From Bdellovibrionales bacterium (GTDB lineage: Bacteria; Bdellovibrionota; Bdellovibrionia; Bdellovibrionales; UBA1609), in the NCBI GenBank assembly GCA_965203095.1, contig OZ241877.1:64001-128000 (forward strand): 64,000 nucleotides of DNA. Reading direction: 5' to 3'. Made by a program: the position numbers and the translations under genes. Shown one piece after another: positions 40,201-49,750 of this stretch. The notes beneath the pieces were generated by a model. It was not told the DNA's origin, ran no database searches, and saw nothing but the letters and a program-made list of their open reading frames with translations. The first letter of the stretch is position 1. Each line of letters opens with the position of its first letter.

Positions 40201-41688
40201 TCACCTTGAAAAAGTGCTTTTGCAACTTGCCGGAACTAAAGAATACTCTTTAAGGATTCGAATCAGACTAACATTAGGCACTTCGGCTAATACAGCAATT
40301 TGCAAAGGGGTTCGCCCTTGTTGATCTTCCACTAAAGGATCGGCCCCCACTCGTAAAAGTATTTCAGCAACTTTGGGATTGGAGTTGAGACGATTGGATA
40401 CAGCTATATGCAAAGCCGTCTCACCATAATGATTGAGGGCATTTAATTGTATTTCACTCAGCCCATAATTTAAAAGAGCACTTATGACCCCCTGATCTGG
40501 ACTTCGAGTCGCTCTATGAAGAGCCGTTTCTCCCTCAGCATCAATAAAACCCGGGAAAGCACGAGCCTCTAACAAAACCCGGACAGTGTAATGGGCTAAG
40601 TCCTTATTGGGACGATGAGGAGGGACAAAGCTGGCCAAATGCAAGGGGGTCCTTTTTTCACTGTCTTTTAAATTGGGATTGGCTCCCCGTGCTAAAAGGG
40701 CAAGAACAATTTCATGATGGCCCTTGTCAACAGCCAAGTGAAGAGGGGTTTCACCCTTTTGGTTTTGAACATTGGGGTCTGCCTCAGAGTCCAAAAGCAA
40801 CTGAACCACCTGGAGATCTCCTCTTATGACAGCTAAAAATAAAGGGCTATCTCCGTTAAATGGGTTTTTGCCTTGGATAAGAGCTTTGTCTTTGTCTAAA
40901 AGAGCCTGAAGAATGGAGACAGGGGCACCTGCCCTTATGGCCTTATGTAAAATATTCCCGTATGAACTTTGAATTTTAGGATCGGCTCCTGCATTGAGTA
41001 AAATTTTAAAAATTTCCAGCCCCGCTTTTGCTGAAAAATCAACTTGAAACAGAGCTGTTTCACCTGTAAAATCCTGAGCATTGATATCCACTTCTGTTTT
41101 TGATAACAAAAGCTTAAGTGCTGTGGAGTTGTATCCTTGGGCGGAATAGTGGAGGACTGTCCGATTCAAACCATCTCTAATCTCAGGGTCTGCCCCTGCA
41201 TTAAGTAAAACTTCCAATGTGTCCTCATGATCCACAGCAATATGCAAAGGGGTTAGCCTCATATCAGAAGTAATATCAGGATTGGCCCCTGCTGACAATA
41301 AAAGCTGAACCACTGGTGCAAAGGGCACAGCATAATGTAAAGGGCTATCTCGAGTTAAGCTCACATCAGATTTTTCCAGATTCTCCTTGAGATTGGGATC
41401 CGCTCCATACTCAAGCAAAATTTTAACTCCCTCTATAGATTTTGAAACAGCATAGTGCAGAGGTTGCAAACCACGATCATCCCTGGCATTGGGATTTGCA
41501 CCCGCCTCTAAAGCTTGCCGGAGGGCTAAAGGACCTTCGGAAATAGAAGAGAACAGAAGATTATCCTTCTCTTCTTGCTCCTTCTGAGCTTTTTCCTTAG
41601 CCTGTTGTTTATCAGAAGCTTTAGGAGTTTTTGAGCTGAAAGCACCTTGAGCAGAAAACACAAAAAATAACAAAATAAAGTATTTCAT
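40201..41688 (-). CDS. Secreted ankyrin-repeat protein
   Basis: Signal peptide MKYFILLFFVFSAQG; about 11 G.TPLH.A...LL..GADPN repeats. Confidence 0.92.
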   Translation of the reverse strand: MKYFILLFFVFSAQGAFSSKTPKASDKQQAKEKAQKEQEEKDNLLFSSISEGPLALRQALEAGANPNARDDRGLQPLHYAVSKSIEGVKILLEYGADPNLKENLEKSDVSLTRDSPLHYAVPFAPVVQLLLSAGANPDITSDMRLTPLHIAVDHEDTLEVLLNAGADPEIRDGLNRTVLHYSAQGYNSTALKLLLSKTEVDINAQDFTGETALFQVDFSAKAGLEIFKILLNAGADPKIQSSYGNILHKAIRAGAPVSILQALLDKDKALIQGKNPFNGDSPLFLAVIRGDLQVVQLLLDSEADPNVQNQKGETPLHLAVDKGHHEIVLALLARGANPNLKDSEKRTPLHLASFVPPHRPNKDLAHYTVRVLLEARAFPGFIDAEGETALHRATRSPDQGVISALLNYGLSEIQLNALNHYGETALHIAVSNRLNSNPKVAEILLRVGADPLVEDQQGRTPLQIAVLAEVPNVSLIRILKEYSLVPASCKSTFSR

Positions 41689-41928
41689 AAAAATTCGGGG
41701 ACAAATTATCAAAAAAATCAAGCTTTTCCAAGATTAAAGGCAAAAAAATGAAAATTTTTCCCTCATAATGGTTGATATTTTTAGACTTTTTCGGGCTGAT
41801 AGACAAAAAAGTTAAGACTTTTTCAAGATAAATAGCGAAAAAGCCAAATAAAGAGAAAAACAGGAGCAGACTTGAAAATTAAGCCCTCCATCAGTATATA
41901 ATATGGATATAGCTCTTTCAAGTAGGAG

Positions 41929-43653
41929 GTGCCTTTGGCGACTTGTATCCCCTCTCATCTTAAAAAATTTATTGTGCCTCAAAACTATAAAAAATATAGC
42001 CATGAGGATCAGGCCCTTTGGCGTTTTGTAATGAGGGGCATAAAACACAACCTGTCCCTTTATGGGCTGAAAGGGGGTTTGAAGGGCTTAGAGCAAACAG
42101 GAATCAGTCAGGATAAAATTCCTAAAATTTCAGATATAGACAGGAATTTAAGAAAATTTGGTTGGCGGGCTGTTTGCATCAGTGGCTTTATCCCTCCCAG
42201 AGCTTTTATGGAGTTTCAAAAATCTAAAATCCTCCCCATCGCTTCGGAGTTAAGGTCTGTCCAACATGTGTTTTATACTCCCGCACCGGATATTATTCAT
42301 GAAGCTGTGGGCCATGTCCCTTTTTTAACCAATCCCTTGTTTTCAAAATTTTTAGAAAAATACGCTCAAACTGTTTTAAAGGCCATCTTCAGCCGGGAGG
42401 ATATGGAAAAATACAAAGCCATTAGAGACCTCAGTGACTTAAAAGAGAACCCGCACTCCAGCCCTCAACAAATCCAAAGGCAAGAGCAAAAGCTAAAGGC
42501 CATCACAAAAAATATGTCTCATGTTAGCGAATCGGCTCGTCTGTCTCGCTTAATATGGTGGACTTCAGAGTATGGGCTTATAGGGAGTTTAAAAAATCCA
42601 AAAATATACGGAGCGGGCCTGATCTCTTCCATAGGAGAATCCCTTCAAATCCAAAAAGTGAAAAAAATAAAGTTGAGTGAAAACTGCTTAAACTACCCCT
42701 TTGATATTACCGATTTCCAGCCCCAACTATTTGTGGCAGAAAGCTTTAAACAGGCCGGACAGGTTTTGGAAAAGATCTCAAAAAAAATGGCTGTTAAAAG
42801 AGGGGGAGCTTATGGGGTGAGGGAGGCTCTTAAATCTCAAACTGTAAATACTGTGGTTTTAAATAGCGGGCTACAAATTTCCGGGATTTTAACTCAGGCC
42901 ATCATTACTAAAAACAATAAAGTCGCTTTTTTAAAATTTTCCGGACCTGTGCAACTCTCCTTTCAAGGTCGGGAGCTTAAAGGCCATGGAAAAGCTTATC
43001 ATAAAGAGGGCTATAGCACAGCTTTAAACTTTCAAGGCCCAAACTCTACTCCTTATTTTTGGACAAAAAGCACTTTGTCCCGCCAAGGTCTACAAATAGG
43101 AAAGAAATCCAACTTGCAGTTTGCAGGGGGGATCCGCCTTACAGGAGAGCTTAAATCCTGCTTGAGACGAAAGGGCCGATGGCTTTTGCTGTCTTTTAAA
43201 AACTGCTTAATAAAAGATGAGAAAAACAAATTATTGTATCATCCCTCTTGGGGGCCTTTTGATTTGGCTGTTGGACCATCGGTAAGCTCTGTTTTTTCTG
43301 GCCCTGCCGACAACAAAGCTTATGGGCTAAAAGATGATTTTGAACCTTCAAAAATCCCTCAAAAATTTGTGAGCAAAAAACAAATAGAGAATTTTAAAAT
43401 TTACAAACAGCTCAATCATATTAAAAATCTGTCTGAAAAGGAGTTAGAGCAACTCATCCATAAACTAAAAACAAAAGACCACTGCTGGCTTATGTTTTTA
43501 GAGCTGTTGCATGCAGTGAGACAGCAAGCTCGCCTTAAAAAAAAGCTTTTGGCCTCTTTAGGCCCGGTGGCTCAAACCCAACTGCAAGGGAAAAAAGTTT
43601 TTCAACTGGGAAAAAAGTTTTATAAAATTAGAGAGAAAAATAGAGGCTTTTAG
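41929..43653 (+). CDS. Aromatic amino acid hydroxylase (long-form phenylalanine 4-hydroxylase)
   Basis: YTPAPDIIHEAVGHVP, WWTSEYGLIG, IYGAGL.SS.GES. Confidence 0.9.
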   Translation: MPLATCIPSHLKKFIVPQNYKKYSHEDQALWRFVMRGIKHNLSLYGLKGGLKGLEQTGISQDKIPKISDIDRNLRKFGWRAVCISGFIPPRAFMEFQKSKILPIASELRSVQHVFYTPAPDIIHEAVGHVPFLTNPLFSKFLEKYAQTVLKAIFSREDMEKYKAIRDLSDLKENPHSSPQQIQRQEQKLKAITKNMSHVSESARLSRLIWWTSEYGLIGSLKNPKIYGAGLISSIGESLQIQKVKKIKLSENCLNYPFDITDFQPQLFVAESFKQAGQVLEKISKKMAVKRGGAYGVREALKSQTVNTVVLNSGLQISGILTQAIITKNNKVAFLKFSGPVQLSFQGRELKGHGKAYHKEGYSTALNFQGPNSTPYFWTKSTLSRQGLQIGKKSNLQFAGGIRLTGELKSCLRRKGRWLLLSFKNCLIKDEKNKLLYHPSWGPFDLAVGPSVSSVFSGPADNKAYGLKDDFEPSKIPQKFVSKKQIENFKIYKQLNHIKNLSEKELEQLIHKLKTKDHCWLMFLELLHAVRQQARLKKKLLASLGPVAQTQLQGKKVFQLGKKFYKIREKNRGF

Positions 43654-43661
43654 GGCTTAAT

Positions 43662-44348
43662 CTAATCTTCTTCAACTTCTTCAAAAAAATGGGCGACCTT
43701 AGAATCTCCTTCATGTTCATGAGAATCTCCTTCATGTTCATGGCAAATCACAGCTCCGACAAATCCCCCTGTCATACCCATTGTCGAAATCAAAACAATA
43801 GGATAGGCAGCAGGAAACATCCTCCCTGTCTCCGCATGTGCAATGTGCATCCCAAAAAAACCAAAAAAGGAGGCAAGAGCTGTTCCTCCGAAAGCCCATC
43901 TAACCCATTCTTTTTTTGCAAGCCTTCCTACAAGGCAACCAATCCCTCCGCCAACTAAAGCTGATCCCCCCGCCCAAGCCAGAAAAGGAATGAGGGCCGT
44001 TTGAGTTCCTTCCAAAATAAAATGATCTTTTAAGTAAGAGTAGTTTTCTTTTTCTATTTCATTGCAGGCCCGGAGATTATGAATAGAGATAGAAGACCTA
44101 AAGTTTTCTGGGATGGTTTTTGAAAAATGGGGGAGTAGGTCTGTTTGATTTCCTTTATCAGTAAAATCAATATAACAAACAGCTTGGCCGTCTTGAATAA
44201 TAACTGCTTTGCTAATGATAGCTTGTTTTGGAGCAAGTTGTTCTATTAGTTCTTTGTTCTGAGATTGAACAATGGGATCAGTGGAGTCTGGCAAGCCGGC
44301 CAACCCCGGCAAGCTCATTAAAAGGATAAGGCTTAATAGTGTTTTCAT
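43662..44348 (-). CDS. Hypothetical exported protein with glycine-zipper-like TM segments
   Basis: Signal peptide MKTLLSLILLMSLP; AGGSALVGGGIGCLVG; C-terminal HEHEGDS x2. Confidence 0.75.
   Translation of the reverse strand: MKTLLSLILLMSLPGLAGLPDSTDPIVQSQNKELIEQLAPKQAIISKAVIIQDGQAVCYIDFTDKGNQTDLLPHFSKTIPENFRSSISIHNLRACNEIEKENYSYLKDHFILEGTQTALIPFLAWAGGSALVGGGIGCLVGRLAKKEWVRWAFGGTALASFFGFFGMHIAHAETGRMFPAAYPIVLISTMGMTGGFVGAVICHEHEGDSHEHEGDSKVAHFFEEVEED
43701..43742. repeat. Perfect 21-bp tandem duplication (HEHEGDS x2)
   Basis: AGAATCTCCTTCATGTTCATG x2. Confidence 0.9.
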
Positions 44349-44554
44349 TGTGTTGGGGTATAGCAGGATTGTCCGGGAAGATAAAGTTTTTTTTAGTCTT
44401 TATGTAAATTTTTCACAAAAAGGGCAGTTTTACCTACCTTTGCCCTGTGCTTCCCCTTTGAGAAGTGTCTGGGCAGGATTGGGCTTGTCTGTCTGCTGTT
44501 TTGTCAATCGTAATAATTGCTTTGTCCAATCTATCTGATAAGGGAATAAATAGA

Positions 44555-44803
44555 TTATTTGTTTTTGCGGGCTTGCTTTGGCTGATCGTGCGAATGGTTT
44601 TTAAAATCATAAAACAGCTGTTTAAGTTCCGCCATATCCTCTGATAGCTTGGCTTGGCCAGCCTCAATCCTGTCTATCCTCTTATCAAGATTAACCTGAT
44701 TAGCCTTAACCGGAACTAAAAGGAGATTAAAGACAATTCCTAAACCTGTCAAAACGGCCACAAAAGCAATAACAGCTTGAAATAATGGAATAAAGGCTTT
44801 CAT
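44555..44803 (-). CDS. Small TM + coiled-coil protein (paralogue 1)
   Basis: MKAF.PLFQAVIAFVAVLTGLGIVFNLLL; near-identical 5' half to 44826..45050. Confidence 0.8.
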   Translation of the reverse strand: MKAFIPLFQAVIAFVAVLTGLGIVFNLLLVPVKANQVNLDKRIDRIEAGQAKLSEDMAELKQLFYDFKNHSHDQPKQARKNK

Positions 44804-44825
44804 ACATCCATTATATGGACATTGT

Positions 44826-45050
44826 TTATTTGCCCTTGTGAGCTTGCTTGGGTTTTGGGGGCTGTTTTGGCTGGTTGTGAGATTGATCTTTTAATTCATA
44901 AACCAGCTTTTTTATTTCAACCTGCCCCGCTTTAATGTGCTCTATATCTTTTTTAACCGGAGCTAAAAGAAGATTAAAGACAATTCCTAAACCTGTCAAA
45001 ACGGCCACAAAAGCAATAACAGCTTGAAATAATGGAGTAAAGGCTTTCAT
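44826..45050 (-). CDS. Small TM + coiled-coil protein (paralogue 2)
   Basis: Paralogous to 44555..44803; sigma70-like promoter abuts the ATG. Confidence 0.8.
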   Translation of the reverse strand: MKAFTPLFQAVIAFVAVLTGLGIVFNLLLAPVKKDIEHIKAGQVEIKKLVYELKDQSHNQPKQPPKPKQAHKGK

Positions 45051-45056
45051 ACATTC

Positions 45057-45085
45057 ATTGTCAGTCCATTGTCCGGGAATGTCAA
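45057..45085 (-). promoter_or_regulatory. Sigma70-like promoter TTGACA-17-GACAAT, 6 nt before the ATG (leaderless)
   Basis: - strand TTGACA ttcccggacaatggact GACAAT gaatgt ATG. Confidence 0.7.
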
Positions 45086-45194
45086 GCTTTTTTTAAAGTG
45101 CTCAAATATCAGCCAGAATAGGCTTTTTTCCCAGCTGAGGCTTTTGATATAGATATAGATAGAGATTAGAGAGAAAAGCAGAGGGTTCTGAGGC

Positions 45195-45767
45195 TTAATC
45201 CACCCAGTTAATCTTGTCTGTGTTCCATGCTCCTTTTAATTTACCGCGATATTTTGAGTCTACCATCGCTCCTTTCAAGTTTGCCCCTCTGAAGTTAACT
45301 CTGAAGTTAGCCCTCCACCATTTCACCCTTAACAAGTTCCCATTTAACAAGTTAGCCCTCCACCAATTTACATCCCCTGATCTATCCGTCATCCATACCA
45401 GCTTAGCCTCTATCAAGTATGCATGACTTAAGTTCGCTAAATCTAACTTTGCCCAATACAAGACCGCTTTTGTTAAGTTTGCTCCCGTCAAGTTAGCCCC
45501 TTGCAAGTTAGCCCCCGTCAAGTCGGCCAGGGCCAAGTCTGCCCTTGTTAAGTCTGCCCCTCTTAGGTCTGCATTCGTCAACAAAGCCCCTCTCAAGTCC
45601 GCCCCCTCCAATTCTGCCAACTTTAAGTTTGCATGACTTAAGTCCCTCCCCGCTAAGTCTAAGTCTTTTTTCCCTTGTTTTATTTGCTTAATAAGCTCTG
45701 TTTTGCTCAAGATTTTGGCTTGAGCGGGAATTGAGAAACATAAGAAGATAATAATCAGACCTTTCAT
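45195..45767 (-). CDS. Secreted pentapeptide-repeat protein
   Basis: Signal peptide MKGLIIIFLCFSIPAQA; A(D/N)L.G repeats; C-terminus NTDKINWVD. Confidence 0.9.
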   Translation of the reverse strand: MKGLIIIFLCFSIPAQAKILSKTELIKQIKQGKKDLDLAGRDLSHANLKLAELEGADLRGALLTNADLRGADLTRADLALADLTGANLQGANLTGANLTKAVLYWAKLDLANLSHAYLIEAKLVWMTDRSGDVNWWRANLLNGNLLRVKWWRANFRVNFRGANLKGAMVDSKYRGKLKGAWNTDKINWVD

Positions 45768-45861
45768 ACTTATCTTATCGGGTTATTGTCCGGGAAACTA
45801 AAGAAAAAAAGAGCCGTAAACTGTGGCCACCGGGAAAAGGCAAATAAAGGGAATAAAGAGA

Positions 45862-46188
45862 CTATTTGTTTTTGCGGGCTTGCTTTGACGGATTGTGAGA
45901 ATGGTTTTTAAAGTCATTTTTAAAGTCATATAACAGCTGTTTTATTTCAGCCTGCCCTGTCTCTAATTTATCCATTCTTATTTCAATCTTAGCTATGTTT
46001 TGTTTTAATGGGTCTATTTTTGCGTTTAAAAGAAAATTTACTCCTACAAGCAAAAAAGACAATGTCACCACAACACAAGATATAGTGATCATTAAAGGAA
46101 CAGAAGGTTTTAAATTCATACTTATTCCTTCAATCTTATTATCATCTGCTATTTGTCCAGTTGTGGCCGGGTTTAATGTTTCAGACAT
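45862..46188 (-). CDS. Small TM + coiled-coil protein (paralogue 3)
   Basis: TM segment then NFLLNAKIDPLK..GQAEIKQLLYDFKN..SH...KQARKNK, sharing its C-terminus with 44555..44803. Confidence 0.8.
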   Translation of the reverse strand: MSETLNPATTGQIADDNKIEGISMNLKPSVPLMITISCVVVTLSFLLVGVNFLLNAKIDPLKQNIAKIEIRMDKLETGQAEIKQLLYDFKNDFKNHSHNPSKQARKNK

Positions 46189-46221
46189 GTTAGCTCCTTA
46201 AGGTTATCAATTTATACATCC

Positions 46222-46250
46222 ATTATATGGACATTGGCCGGGAATGTCAA
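46222..46250 (-). promoter_or_regulatory. Consensus sigma70 promoter TTGACA-17-TATAAT
   Basis: - strand TTGACA ttcccggccaatgtcca TATAAT. Confidence 0.8.
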
Positions 46251-46344
46251 GTTTTTATTTCAAGTGCTCAAATATCAGCCAGAATAGGCTTTTTTTCCAG
46301 CTGAGGCTTTTGATATTTAAAGATTAGAGAGAAAAATAGAGGGT

Positions 46345-46986
46345 TTAGAGCGTATTCACCCATCTAACTAAGTGCAAGCCCTTAGCTCCCTTAAACAGTT
46401 CCCCCTTCCTGTCTTGATTTCTGTGCTTATATTTTATGCTAATAGTAGCCCCCGCCAAGTCCGCTCCAGTAAAGTCTGTCCGCCAAAAATCTGCAAATCT
46501 CAAGTCTGCCCATAACAATTTAGCTTCTGACAAGTTAGCTAATGTAAAATCCGCCCCTATCATTTTTGCCTCTGTCAAGTCAGCCCCTTCCAAGTCCGCT
46601 TTTCTTAAGAAAGCTCCCTGCTTTTGAGCCTTATGCAAGTTCGCTTCATGTAATCTTGCTCCATTCATTTTCGCACTCCTTAATTTTGCTTCCTCCATTT
46701 GTGCTCGATCAAGGCGTGCCCCTCTTAAGTCTGCCCCCGTAAAGTCTGCTCTCTGAAAATCGGCACCGGTCAAATTTAAATTCTGCATTTGGGCATTTTT
46801 AAAATCACCACCTGGGAAGGTTTTTTTCCCCCTTCTGATTTGTTCAATCAGTTCGCTCCCCCCTTGATAGATCAGTCTTGCTTTGGACTGAGGAGTCCTT
46901 TCCCCTTGAGTTTCTTTTTTGGCAAACTTAAGAGTCCCACAAGACAAAATAAAAGACGATAGAAAAATAAAAAATAGGATTTTCAT
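46345..46986 (-). CDS. Pentapeptide-repeat lipoprotein
   Basis: Lipobox ILSC; ELIEQIR.G leader as in 628..1110; ADL.GA repeats. Confidence 0.9.
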   Translation of the reverse strand: MKILFFIFLSSFILSCGTLKFAKKETQGERTPQSKARLIYQGGSELIEQIRRGKKTFPGGDFKNAQMQNLNLTGADFQRADFTGADLRGARLDRAQMEEAKLRSAKMNGARLHEANLHKAQKQGAFLRKADLEGADLTEAKMIGADFTLANLSEAKLLWADLRFADFWRTDFTGADLAGATISIKYKHRNQDRKGELFKGAKGLHLVRWVNTL

Positions 46987-47014
46987 GGTCCCTTCTTTTA
47001 GGGTTGTTTCCTGT

Positions 47015-49672
47015 TTATCTTATCGGTTGTTTGTCCGGATCTCTTAGTCCTGTTTTCTCAAAACTGGACTTCAGTTCCTTCAATTCTTTTGAGAGGCTGT
47101 CTATTTTTTCATTGGCTGATTTTAGTTCCTTTGTATTGTCTTGAAGTTTTGCAGTGGCTTCTTTTAATTCCTGTTTAGTATTGGCCAGCTCTTTTTTAAA
47201 CTGATCGTCTGTTTTGCTGAGGGCTTTAAACTTTGCCTCTATTGTGGAATTGAGAGTTTTGAATTTTGAGAGCACATCTTTTTTAAAACTTTCTATCTTG
47301 GAATGAAGGGCTTTTATCCCAGCCCACAATGTCCCATAGATAGAGGGCCAGTCCGGGGAAACAGGCTTTCCTTTAAGCTGTAAGCTTTTTGGCAAGTCCT
47401 CCGCTATCACTCCCATTCTTTTCTTTTTAGGAAAATTGTCTTTATCCTTAAAATAATAAGTGAATAGGGGAGTATCTATTATGTCCTTCAAAGCCTTTTC
47501 CATATCATTAAAGGGACGAATATTCTTTTTATAAACTTTGGAGGATCGCCCTGTGCCTTGATATATGCAAGAGCACCTATCCTGCTCCCATGCATGACTG
47601 CTCGCACATCTTGGCTGACAGTGATTACAAGATTCATTCCAAAGATAAGAACAGGACTTACATTCCTGATCCCTAACAGACCAATTGTTTGGGCATCTAT
47701 GGACACACTGTGATCCATCCCATCTGTGAGAGGCTTGACATCTGTTTTTACATTGCGACCCGTCCCAATACTGCTGGGCAGAGCAGGCAGAGACACACTT
47801 TGCCAAAGGGGATGACCAGTTTGGCTTAGCCCCCCCACAGCGGGTCATACAGCGACTCCCATTCCAATAATAGCCGGGCATACATTTATCTTGAAGGGCA
47901 CAGACTTTATTCCCGGCGGAGTTAAATCCTCTGAGAACATCCCCCACTGGACAGGTTTGTTTCCAGCCTGTGCCACCAGTGGCAATACAAACTTTATTCC
48001 CAGAAGTGTCAAATCCTCTAAGAGTTTGGCCAGCTGGACATAACCAGCCTTGAGCTTTTACTTTAACATCTGGGGCTTTGATTTCTATTTTACCCCCCTT
48101 GATATAAGTTCCACCATTGCCAGAGATAGTCTGCCCTGTCCCCCCGGCACCGGCTCCGATAAGAGTATTATAATTCCCGGACACCTTAGCAGTCCGGCCG
48201 GCGGCATGACCTAAAAAGACATTCAAATCCCCAGAGATATAACCGCCTGTAGTTGTCCCATGATTCTTTTTTCCCGCTTCATTCCCTATAAAAACATTTC
48301 CATTAGCACCGGATCTTATATCTGCACTCCGCCCAGCACCATCCCCTAAAAAGAGATTGGTATTCCCTCTCACTGTGGCTTTGTCACCAGCATGATAGCC
48401 AAAAAAATCATTTCCAGTCCCGGACACTGTAGCTTCTTTACCGGCATGATCACCAATAAAATGGTTCTGCCCTCCGCTCACTGTGGCTTTTTTCCCAGCA
48501 TTGTCCCCAAAAAAATGATTGCCTCCAGATGAGATTGTGGCTTCTCTGCCTGAATTAGTGCCAACAAAAGTATTCATTGCCCCTGAAGTTATTTTTGTTT
48601 TATAACCCGCTTGAGAACCAAAAAAATGATGGCCTGTTCCAGGGACTTTTGCTTGATCGCCAGCCCACCTTCCAAAAAACATGTTGCTATTCCCGCTTAC
48701 TTTTGCTCCACTCCCTGATCGTTCCCCTACAAAAGCATTCCATTTCCCGCTCACTGTGGCAAATTGGCCTGTCCCGTGCCCCACAAAAACATTATTGTCC
48801 CCGCTGACATGACTACTTGTGTTTGCTCTCCCCGCCTCACTTCCTATAAAAACATTATAATCAGCCCCAGACCTTACATCTGCATGAAGGCCCGCACCTG
48901 CTCCTAAAAAAAGATTATTAGCCCCAGCGATAGTAGCCGACCTTGCCACATCATTACCAAAAGCCGTTGTGCCTGTGCCACCAAGTGATTGTGTGCTACC
49001 ACATCCAGCAAGGGTTCTTCTGCTCCCAGTTGCCTCCGCTTTATAACAGCGGTTTTTGCCCCCTGTTGTTCCTATTTCAGTGCAAGTGAAATTAGTATAA
49101 GTGCTATTAGGAGCGGACGACCATTCAATGTCTACAGTCAAAAGCCTCCCTCTGATAAAGGTCATCCCTTTTTGAATACCTGGGATAAGCATCCAAGTTT
49201 TTTTACAAGCCCCGCCTGAATAGGTATGAGCAGAAGTCCGACAATCACAGCTCCCACCATTGTCGGCAAGATTACATCTCAAAACAAAAAATCGCGGAAA
49301 AAATCCATAGCGGGAAAATATGTTGTTAGAATCATGAACATCTAAAAGATTTGTGTTGTCTGCTTTTTTTATGATTTGGATCTCTATATGATTATCTTGA
49401 GTCCCCTCCGCTAACTTTGCTTTTTTTGTGGCAGAAGGGGCCGGATATTTATTAGGAGTATTCTGATTGAGCCAGTTCTCTATTGTTTTCTGACAGCTTG
49501 TTTGTGTCCCAAACTGCTCCCAAAAAGCATTCAGTTCCCTTTCCTTATTTATTTTCTGTTGCTGTTGGGCTATCAAGGCCATGTGTTTAGCCATACCCGT
49601 CATGGCTATTACCCCAATAGTGGAGGCCACCACAACACCGGTAATAGAAAAAACCTTTATTGTTAAAAACAA
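47015..49672 (-). CDS. Fibre-like adhesin: pilin-like N-terminal helix, Gly-rich N.F.G..AG repeats, Cys-rich repeats, peptidase S74 chaperone domain, coiled coil (5' end uncertain)
   Basis: Repeats NxFxGxxAG; C..WDGSQC repeats; SSKVYKKNI, MGVIAEDLP, DW......LWAGIKAL. Confidence 0.8.
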   Translation of the reverse strand: MFLTIKVFSITGVVVASTIGVIAMTGMAKHMALIAQQQQKINKERELNAFWEQFGTQTSCQKTIENWLNQNTPNKYPAPSATKKAKLAEGTQDNHIEIQIIKKADNTNLLDVHDSNNIFSRYGFFPRFFVLRCNLADNGGSCDCRTSAHTYSGGACKKTWMLIPGIQKGMTFIRGRLLTVDIEWSSAPNSTYTNFTCTEIGTTGGKNRCYKAEATGSRRTLAGCGSTQSLGGTGTTAFGNDVARSATIAGANNLFLGAGAGLHADVRSGADYNVFIGSEAGRANTSSHVSGDNNVFVGHGTGQFATVSGKWNAFVGERSGSGAKVSGNSNMFFGRWAGDQAKVPGTGHHFFGSQAGYKTKITSGAMNTFVGTNSGREATISSGGNHFFGDNAGKKATVSGGQNHFIGDHAGKEATVSGTGNDFFGYHAGDKATVRGNTNLFLGDGAGRSADIRSGANGNVFIGNEAGKKNHGTTTGGYISGDLNVFLGHAAGRTAKVSGNYNTLIGAGAGGTGQTISGNGGTYIKGGKIEIKAPDVKVKAQGWLCPAGQTLRGFDTSGNKVCIATGGTGWKQTCPVGDVLRGFNSAGNKVCALQDKCMPGYYWNGSRCMTRCGGAKPNWSSPLAKCVSACSAQQYWDGSQCKNRCQASHRWDGSQCVHRCPNNWSVRDQECKSCSYLWNESCNHCQPRCASSHAWEQDRCSCIYQGTGRSSKVYKKNIRPFNDMEKALKDIIDTPLFTYYFKDKDNFPKKKRMGVIAEDLPKSLQLKGKPVSPDWPSIYGTLWAGIKALHSKIESFKKDVLSKFKTLNSTIEAKFKALSKTDDQFKKELANTKQELKEATAKLQDNTKELKSANEKIDSLSKELKELKSSFEKTGLRDPDKQPIR

Positions 49673-49724
49673 AAGTTTTTTTATGTTTAAAATGATTTAA
49701 ACTATTGAATTTACAGCATTTTTC

Positions 49725-49742
49725 GGGGGGGGGGGGGGGGGG
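49725..49742. repeat. G18 homopolymer (C18 on the coding strand of the fibre gene)
   Basis: Direct count of 18 G. Confidence 0.9.
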
Positions 49743-49750
49743 TAAATTTA

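Noticed and set aside
43627..46986. Integron or diversity-generating retroelement
   Set aside because: No integrase or reverse transcriptase in the window, no recognisable attC structure, and no adenine-specific TR/VR pair seen
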